NCBI GenBank assembly: GCA_964586605.1
Contig: CAZPGX010000003.1
Location: forward strand, 1-47,452
Direction of reading: 5' to 3'
DNA: 47,452 nucleotides
Source of the DNA: an uncultured Planctomycetia bacterium
Lineage (GTDB): Bacteria > Omnitrophota > Gorgyraeia > JAFGHF01
The number at the start of each line of letters is the position of its first letter. Positions within the stretch are counted from its first letter, which is position 1. The notes below the pieces were generated by a model, which made no database searches, was not told the origin of the DNA, and saw nothing but the letters and a program-made list of their open reading frames with translations. The position numbers and the translations under genes are program-made. Below, one piece after another: positions 9,108-14,713 of the stretch.

Positions 9108-9331
9108 TTCTTATTTTCCTTTGCTTTATTGCTCTTTTTCTCTTCACTAGGCGGCTCGGCTTCCCTGATTTGCGAACGCAGCCAAGCGTCAACAGCCCTT
9201 TTATCAAACCTCCAGACATGCCCCACCTTAATGCCGGAAATCTTCTTGGCATGCAACCAGTTATAAATGGTCTGCTTCTGAAGTTTAAGATAAGCGGCTA
9301 GTTCGTCTACATCCATAAGCCTACTCATCAA
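9104..9331 (-). CDS. Excisionase-type helix-turn-helix (HTH_17-like) DNA-binding protein with Lys/Glu-rich tail
   Basis: 75 aa. DVDELAAYLKLQKQTIYNWLHAKKISGIKVGHVWRFDKRAVDAWL matches the MerR/excisionase-family HTH pattern. Its stop codon overlaps the GTG of the PilM-N gene (GTGA). Confidence 0.7.
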   Translation of the reverse strand: MMSRLMDVDELAAYLKLQKQTIYNWLHAKKISGIKVGHVWRFDKRAVDAWLRSQIREAEPPSEEKKSNKAKENKK

Positions 9332-9372
9332 GGCCTCCCCCTTATCAACTTACTTATAGTTATGTATAATTA

Positions 9373-9401
9373 CATATACCATAAAAAATTTACCTTGTCA
9401 A
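9373..9401 (-). promoter_or_regulatory. Sigma70-like promoter of the pilus operon
   Basis: The minus strand reads TTGACA-17 bp-TATATG with a TG at the extended -10 position (TGgTATATG). It lies about 40 nt upstream of the HTH gene start. Confidence 0.6.
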
Positions 9402-9421
9402 GTGTTTTTTTTACTTTTAAC

Positions 9422-9457
9422 AAAAAAAGCCCCACACCACCTTCTAGCAGTGTAGGG
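9422..9457 (-). terminator. Rho-independent terminator after the PilX-like gene
   Basis: The minus strand reads CCCTACAC-(12 nt loop)-GTGTGGGG followed by CTTTTTTTG. Confidence 0.65.
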
Positions 9458-9495
9458 TCTTATATATAGGAAGATATAGGGCTATTTAGCGAATT

Positions 9496-9822
9496 TTAGT
9501 AATCTACCTCAACATCTATAGGGTAAACTCCATCAATTATGTCGCCGGCAATTACCCTAATATCGTCCTTTGTGAGGCCATTAATATCGAAATCTGCAGG
9601 CAGGGTTATTGTGCCGGGGGCAGTAGCATTTCCTGTACGCAGGGCCCAAAAAGCATGGGTCATTGCCGCTTCCGCGGCATAAGAGGCCTTGGTCCGCGCA
9701 AGCTGACGATGAGAGGTGCTAAAATGGCCGGTGGAAATCATCATCACCGTACCACCTAAAATAAGCAGCATCAGAATAAGACTAATCACCACCAACATTG
9801 CCATCCCTTTATTATTGCTCAT
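9496..9822 (-). CDS. PilX / GspK-like minor pseudopilin lacking Glu+5 (108 aa from the RBS-supported start)
   Basis: MSNNKG|MAMLVVISLILMLLILGGTVMMIS, followed by ASYAAEAAM, resembles PilX N-terminal regions. GGAGAGG lies 5 nt before this ATG. The longer ORF to 9876 would swallow its own promoter. Confidence 0.55.
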   Translation of the reverse strand: MSNNKGMAMLVVISLILMLLILGGTVMMISTGHFSTSHRQLARTKASYAAEAAMTHAFWALRTGNATAPGTITLPADFDINGLTKDDIRVIAGDIIDGVYPIDVEVDY

Positions 9823-9847
9823 TTTTACCTCTCCTTCAGTTAGATTC

Positions 9848-9876
9848 ATTTTAATCGCACTTTGACAAAATGTCAA
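9848..9876 (-). promoter_or_regulatory. Sigma70-like promoter of the PilX-like gene
   Basis: The minus strand reads TTGACA-17 bp-TAAAAT. The -35 is one arm of the perfect palindrome TTGACA-TTT-TGTCAA. Confidence 0.55.
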
Positions 9877-9883
9877 GAAAAAT

Positions 9884-11440
9884 TTATCTGTTTGTAGAGA
9901 CGCCCCATTGGGGCGTCTCTACCAATTGCCGTTTCAGCAGCTTGCCCGTAGGAGTCTTGGGCAGCTCTTTCCTAAACTCAATTAAACGGGGAATCTTGTA
10001 ACTGGCGAGCTTATCCCTACAAAACTGTAGAATCTCTTTTTCGCAAAGACAGCTGCCATTTTCTAAAACTATAAAGGCAGCAGGTGCCTCTCCCCTGATT
10101 TTATCTTTTTTTCCCACAACCGCCGCTTCTTTTATCTCGGGGTGGGCTTTTAAGACGTTCTCTATCTCTGTTGGATAGACGTTCATCCCGCGGCTTAAAA
10201 TCATCTCTTTCTTGCGCCCTGCTATATAGATATAGCCATCGTTGTCTATCTTGGCCATATCTCCGGTAAAAAGCCACCCCCCCCTGATTGCCTTTTTGGT
10301 CTCTTCAGGGCGATGAAAATAGCCTAGCATTACATTGGGGCCTTTAACAATCAATTCGCCGATTTCTCCGCAAGGCGCCTCGCTTTCGTCTTCCCTAACC
10401 ACCTTAACCTCCACCCCGGGAAGCGGCAACCCTATAGAGCCGGGTTTGCGGAGCCCCTGCAAAGGGTTAAGAGAAACTACAGGAGAGGCCTCGGTCAGGC
10501 CATAACCTTCCAAAAGGACAACCTTTGAAAACCTTTGCTCAAAGGTTTTCAAAGTCTCTGTGCTTAAAGGGGCTGCTCCCGAGATGCAGACCTTAACGCG
10601 CAAAAAGACCCTTAAGAATGGCGGAAGGGTTAAGTTCTTCAAGATATCAAATAGATGCGGTATGCCTACAATAATGGTTATACGGTTGAAGAGAATACTG
10701 CGTAAAACCTTTTGAAAGGGTTTAAGCGACTTAATAATCACAGACCTGGCGCCAGCGTAAATAGGGACAAATATACAAACCATCAAGGTAAAAGAATGGA
10801 ACATCGGCAAGATAAGCAAAAACCGCTCAGAAGGACTGATCTCCAGGGCCGAAACAGAGGAAATGACATTGGATGAGAGGTTGGCGTGGGAAAGCATTAC
10901 CCCTTTGGGGGAACCGGCGGTCCCTGAAGTATAAATCAGCAAAGCAATGTCCTCAGGGTTTATCTCGGGAAGGTATTCATCGCCAGCGGAAAAGGCAATC
11001 TCTGGGGCATAAAGAAAACCATCCGCCTTTTTATCCGTCAGAATGATTTGTTTTAGATCCAGTAGCTCCTTTGCCCCTTTTTGCCCCTCAACGAGCATCT
11101 GCTCTAAAACTTGTAAAAAATCAGAAGAACTTATCAATACCCTCGCGCCGCAATCGCCGAGGATATAGCGCAGTTCACTCAGGGTCAAGAAGACATTTAG
11201 GGGAACGCAGACTGCTCCGGCTTTTAAGATAGCAAAAAGGGCAATCACGAACTCCGGGCAGTTGTTCATCAGGATTGCCACTTTCTTGCCCTTTTTTACT
11301 CCCAGTTGCTGCAGCTTGAAAGCCAGTTGCTCTGCCCGGGTATTGAGCGTGCGAAAGCTTAAAGCCCCGCCTGCGTAGATTAGAGACTTACGCCAGGAAA
11401 ACTTCTTTGCGCTTTCCTCTAATAACCGCACCAGGTTCAT
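9884..11440 (-). CDS. AMP-dependent acyl-CoA synthetase / long-chain fatty-acid--CoA ligase
   Basis: Shows the AMP-binding motif YTSGTAGSPKGV, plus GYGLTE, TGDMAKIDNDGYIYIAGRKKE and PKTPTGKLLKR. The start is set at MNLVRLL, which makes an ATGA overlap with the upstream gene. Confidence 0.88.
   Translation of the reverse strand: MNLVRLLEESAKKFSWRKSLIYAGGALSFRTLNTRAEQLAFKLQQLGVKKGKKVAILMNNCPEFVIALFAILKAGAVCVPLNVFLTLSELRYILGDCGARVLISSSDFLQVLEQMLVEGQKGAKELLDLKQIILTDKKADGFLYAPEIAFSAGDEYLPEINPEDIALLIYTSGTAGSPKGVMLSHANLSSNVISSVSALEISPSERFLLILPMFHSFTLMVCIFVPIYAGARSVIIKSLKPFQKVLRSILFNRITIIVGIPHLFDILKNLTLPPFLRVFLRVKVCISGAAPLSTETLKTFEQRFSKVVLLEGYGLTEASPVVSLNPLQGLRKPGSIGLPLPGVEVKVVREDESEAPCGEIGELIVKGPNVMLGYFHRPEETKKAIRGGWLFTGDMAKIDNDGYIYIAGRKKEMILSRGMNVYPTEIENVLKAHPEIKEAAVVGKKDKIRGEAPAAFIVLENGSCLCEKEILQFCRDKLASYKIPRLIEFRKELPKTPTGKLLKRQLVETPQWGVSTNR
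9894..9922 (-). other. Perfect 13-bp stem / 3-nt loop hairpin inside the last 10 codons of the acyl-CoA ligase
   Basis: GTAGAGACGCCCC-ATT-GGGGCGTCTCTAC is read directly from the sequence. The stop codon lies 8 nt beyond the hairpin. Confidence 0.8.
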
Positions 11441-11700
11441 TTTTGCATCTGGGGCAATAATTCTTGCACCGCCGAAACTACCTGTTCCCACTTCTCCGGG
11501 TCATGAATAGTAAACTTCTGCTTTCTCTTCCAACCTTCCTTCTTTTTCTGCCAGAGATACAAACAGACCTGCTTGCGCCCCCAGGATTCAACTAACACGG
11601 CGGCTGCCCACCAGCCAAAACCTTTGCTTAAAGTACGGTAAGCGACTGCCCGTAAAGGGGGCTCTATGGGAATCCGTTCTTCTCTTCTTTCACCTTCCAT
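11437..11700 (-). CDS. Hypothetical Trp/Lys-rich small protein (87 aa)
   Basis: The ORF shows ATGA coupling to the downstream ligase. I recognise no family. Distinctive segment: GFGWWAAAVLVESWGRKQVCLYLWQKKKEGWKRKQKF. Confidence 0.5.
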   Translation of the reverse strand: MEGERREERIPIEPPLRAVAYRTLSKGFGWWAAAVLVESWGRKQVCLYLWQKKKEGWKRKQKFTIHDPEKWEQVVSAVQELLPQMQK

Positions 11701-11713
11701 AACTACACCTCGT

Positions 11714-11914
11714 TTATTTCCTTAACCCTATCGTGTAATCTCCGTCTTGTTGTTTTAGCCTCACATGCCCTTCCCTGGCAAGCCACCCTAAGCTCATCAA
11801 AATAATATCCCGCGGCTTATCCAGGCCGGAAACTAAAGCGGAAAACGTGCTTTGGCCGTGCTCGTCCAAAAAGTGCCAAATCTCTCCGGCTACTATTCCT
11901 AATTCTGTAATCAT
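11714..11914 (-). CDS. Small winged-helix protein (DUF2582-like)
   Basis: 66 aa. GEIWHFLDEHGQSTFSALVSGL...LMSLGWLAREGHV matches my recollection of the DUF2582 wHTH pattern (..GWLaRE..). Confidence 0.55.
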   Translation of the reverse strand: MITELGIVAGEIWHFLDEHGQSTFSALVSGLDKPRDIILMSLGWLAREGHVRLKQQDGDYTIGLRK

Positions 11915-12147
11915 GACGGTTCGCTCCTTTCATTATAACTCTTACACCTTGGGCAAACAGAAAGCCCTTTATGCTTGCTATCTACGTAAATATAGGTGCA
12001 GATGGAACATTGCCAGACTGATTTAAGGTCTATGGTATCTTTTGAAGGAAGCTTTATTTTTGAAAATGCAAACCAGGCAACAAAAATGCCGAAAATAGAA
12101 ATCAATAAATACAAGAATATCGCTGTTTCAAACTGCAGTTTTATCAT
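11911..12147 (-). CDS. Membrane-anchored zinc-ribbon protein (78 aa from the ATGA-coupled start)
   Basis: Has an N-terminal TM (AIFLYLLISIFGIFVAWFAF) and a C-terminal CxxC...CxxC ribbon (CSICTYIYVD...CPRCKSYNE). Confidence 0.55.
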   Translation of the reverse strand: MIKLQFETAIFLYLLISIFGIFVAWFAFSKIKLPSKDTIDLKSVWQCSICTYIYVDSKHKGLSVCPRCKSYNERSEPS

Positions 12148-12767
12148 TTGACATCCAGGGTTAATTTTATTCTCTGCCACTGCTCTTTTTGCTCAGAGCT
12201 CGGTGCAAAGCGCCATTTTCTTAAGTATCTTGCCAGAACCGCATCTATTTCGGGGTTGCCGCAGGTCTTTACGTTTATTACCTGCCCTGCCAAACCATCA
12301 CCCAGGACACATACCTCAAACACGGCATAATTGCCTTTGAGCTGATAGTGCTGCCACTCCGGGTATTCAGGAAAAGGCGGCCGAAAAAGTATCTGCCGCT
12401 TTGGGCCCTGCTCTTGCGTTAAAACGGGGCTTCGGCCAAAAAAAGGCATCTTTTTTTCCGGGGCATCTACGTCAATAAAGGTATCGGCAGCTAAGGCCTT
12501 TTTCTTAAACTGCAATAATGTATACGGCCTTCCCCTAAAATAACTCTTTGCCTGGATATCGGCTTCTGCGGGAAGTTCTACAACCCCCTTTCGGGGGTCT
12601 GTCAGCGAAACCCTGTCGTTCAATATTGAACCTAAAAAAATAACCGAGGAATACTGCCTTGGCTTTAGGCCGGTCCTTAGATTGACGATTGAAACCGAAG
12701 AGAGCCAAAAAAGGTGCCAAAAGAAAGAGATTAACAGCGCTAGGCCCAACTGGCGGCTAATAACCAT
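12144..12767 (-). CDS. TonB/TolA-like energy-transducer candidate (N-terminal TM + TonB-C-like domain)
   Basis: 207 aa with a TM (LGLALLISFFWHLFWLSSV). The C-terminus PPFPEYPEW...GNYAVFEVCVLGDGLAGQVINVKTCGNPEIDAVLARYLRKWRFAP fits the TonB_C pattern. It sits directly downstream of exbB-exbD. Confidence 0.6.
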   Translation of the reverse strand: MVISRQLGLALLISFFWHLFWLSSVSIVNLRTGLKPRQYSSVIFLGSILNDRVSLTDPRKGVVELPAEADIQAKSYFRGRPYTLLQFKKKALAADTFIDVDAPEKKMPFFGRSPVLTQEQGPKRQILFRPPFPEYPEWQHYQLKGNYAVFEVCVLGDGLAGQVINVKTCGNPEIDAVLARYLRKWRFAPSSEQKEQWQRIKLTLDVK

Positions 12768-12771
12768 ATGT

Positions 12772-13173
12772 TTATTGTTCGGGTTGATTGGTAGCTATGT
12801 TAATCTGGGTTAGGCCCGCCTCACGGGACATATCCCAAATCTGGACCACCTTACCTAAAGAGGCCTTACGGTCGGCTTTAATCAAAAGGGGACGCTCTTG
12901 CCTCGCCGCTTTCTCCAGATAAACTTTCAGTTCTTTTAAAGTAAGCAGGCGGCTGTTCAGATAAACCAGGCCCTCGGCGCTAATGACAATGACCAGGTTT
13001 TTCTCCTGAATCACCTCGCTGGTCAGGGCCTTAGGCAGATTTATTTTAATCCCCGGCTGAAAGATATAGCTGGAAGTGAGCATAAAAAATATCAAAAGAA
13101 GAAACACCACATCGATCAACGGCGCAATATCTAACTGGCCTCTTTCGAATTCTACATGCCTTCTAAATCTCAT
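12772..13173 (-). CDS. exbD: ExbD/TolR family biopolymer transport protein
   Basis: 133 aa. DIAPLIDVVFLLLIFFM is followed by a periplasmic domain, typical of ExbD/TolR. Confidence 0.85.
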   Translation of the reverse strand: MRFRRHVEFERGQLDIAPLIDVVFLLLIFFMLTSSYIFQPGIKINLPKALTSEVIQEKNLVIVISAEGLVYLNSRLLTLKELKVYLEKAARQERPLLIKADRKASLGKVVQIWDMSREAGLTQINIATNQPEQ

Positions 13174-13175
13174 CT

Positions 13176-13802
13176 TTAGTATTGCTCCCCTCTTTGAGAA
13201 AGGACATTGATTAATTCGGCGGCGCTTCTGTCCATTTCTACAATAAAGTTTTTCACCCGGCTGACCAGATAATTATAGGCAACAAAAGTAGGTATGGCTA
13301 CCATCAATCCTGCTGCTGTAGTGATTAAGGCCTCCCAGATACCTCCGGCTAAATTGGCGGGGCTTACCGAATGCATAGCGGTAGCCTTCTCTTGAATAAT
13401 CTGAAACGCCCTGACCATGCCCGTAACTGTGCCCAACAGACCCAAAAGCGGCGAGATATGCGCAATGGTCGCCAAGGCGCCCAGGTTTTTTTCCAGGCGC
13501 GGCACCTCATAAATTCCCGCATCCTCTATTGCCTCTTTTATCTCTTGCCGCGAACCATCGTGCTTCAAGATACCCGCCTTGACAATATGGGCAACGGGGC
13601 CGGGAGTCTTCTGGCATAAATCAACGGCTTCCTTAATCCGGTTACTCTTCAAAGCAGAGTAGATACTCTCCATAAATTTATCAATATTGATTCTTGCCCG
13701 ATGTAAATGGTAAAGCCTCTCAATAACTACTGCCAGGGCCACAATTGAGCAAAGAATAATCAAGTACATCAGCGGCCCGCCTTTTTGAATTATATTCCAC
13801 AT
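13176..13802 (-). CDS. exbB: MotA/TolQ/ExbB proton-channel family protein
   Basis: 208 aa with three TMs. The conserved segment is LATIAHISPLLGLLGTVTGMVRAF...GGIWEALITTAAGL. Confidence 0.88.
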   Translation of the reverse strand: MWNIIQKGGPLMYLIILCSIVALAVVIERLYHLHRARINIDKFMESIYSALKSNRIKEAVDLCQKTPGPVAHIVKAGILKHDGSRQEIKEAIEDAGIYEVPRLEKNLGALATIAHISPLLGLLGTVTGMVRAFQIIQEKATAMHSVSPANLAGGIWEALITTAAGLMVAIPTFVAYNYLVSRVKNFIVEMDRSAAELINVLSQRGEQY

Positions 13803-13816
13803 AGTATTCCCCTCCG

Positions 13817-14134
13817 TTAACAGAAAAATATAAAGACCAACAAGACTATAATTATAATTACGGAAATAATATAAAAATCGTTAAAATACAGAAAGTCTCT
13901 TAATCTTTCCGCCCAGCTGTATCTGCCGCCGGCTAGGGGCTCTTCCTTGGACCTGGCAAGTTCAGGAATCCCTTGGGCTTTTATTTGCTCAATCTGGTCC
14001 TTTCTAAACCTCAGGATTGCCCCTCCCAGCCGATAGGCGGGAATCCTGCCGCTATCTACTAATCTCCTCAAATCCCCCGTTGAGATACCAAGATATTTCG
14101 AGACCTCTCTGACACTGAGTAATTTCTCGGACAT
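13817..14134 (-). CDS. Tail-anchored excisionase-type HTH (HTH_17-like) protein
   Basis: 105 aa. The N-terminal LSVREVSKYLGISTGDLRRLVDSGRIPAYRLGGAILRFRKDQIE is HTH_17-like. A single C-terminal TM is present (FYIISVIIIIVLLVFIFFC). Confidence 0.65.
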   Translation of the reverse strand: MSEKLLSVREVSKYLGISTGDLRRLVDSGRIPAYRLGGAILRFRKDQIEQIKAQGIPELARSKEEPLAGGRYSWAERLRDFLYFNDFYIISVIIIIVLLVFIFFC

Positions 14135-14149
14135 TACCTTCCTTTTTGC

Positions 14150-14713
14150 TTACTTTATTTTTTCGCTGGCGATCCAGGCATCTACTTTAGCGCGTTCGAA
14201 CTTCCAGCCATTGCCGGCCTTCTCCGCCGGGATTCTCCCCTTCTGGGCCCAGTCTAATACCGAAGCGGCATCCACCTCTAGATACTTCGCCAGGTCCTCT
14301 ACGTTCATCAGCATCTCATTGATTGTAGAGCGTTTAAATCCTGTCTCCCTGGCATCCATCTGGCATTTTCCCCTAAAGATTGCCCCTTCGGCTATGCTTA
14401 AGCTGGGCGTACGTATATCTCCCACTAAATGCGCGGTCCCGCTAAGGCTAAGCCGGTTGGAAGCGGCCACGTTACCGGAAACCCTGCCTGAGATAATGAT
14501 GTCTTCGCCCATAATATCAGCCTCGACCCGGGCATTCTGGCTTACCGTCAGGCTTCCTTTGGTATCCAGCTTTCCCTCAAAGTTGCCATTGATGCGCAAA
14601 TTCACCGGGTCCTTGAAGGCAAGCGTCCCCTGCATACTGGCATTCACATCCAACACCTTCTCCTGCTCCACCTTTACCTCCGGCTGCAGCTTTTTCTTGC
14701 TCCTAAAAGCCAT
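14150..14713 (-). CDS. Bactofilin (DUF583 beta-helix) fused to a C-terminal excisionase-type HTH domain
   Basis: 187 aa. The core GTLAFKDPVNLRINGNFEGKLDTKGSLTVSQNARVEADIMGEDIIISGRVSGNVAASNRLSLSGTAHLVGDIRTPSLSIAEGAIFRGKCQM is a classical bactofilin repeat. The C-terminus MNVEDLAKYLEVDAASVLDWAQKGRIPAEKAGNGWKFERAKVDAWI is HTH_17-like. Confidence 0.75.
   Translation of the reverse strand: MAFRSKKKLQPEVKVEQEKVLDVNASMQGTLAFKDPVNLRINGNFEGKLDTKGSLTVSQNARVEADIMGEDIIISGRVSGNVAASNRLSLSGTAHLVGDIRTPSLSIAEGAIFRGKCQMDARETGFKRSTINEMLMNVEDLAKYLEVDAASVLDWAQKGRIPAEKAGNGWKFERAKVDAWIASEKIK

Noticed and set aside
9104-14713. Three excisionase-family HTH genes as evidence for a prophage or integrative element, with the tRNA-Ala at 1..76 as an attachment site
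   Set aside because: The window has no integrase, recombinase, transposase, phage structural gene or direct repeat of the tRNA 3' end. The HTH genes are embedded in, and translationally coupled to, cellular operons.
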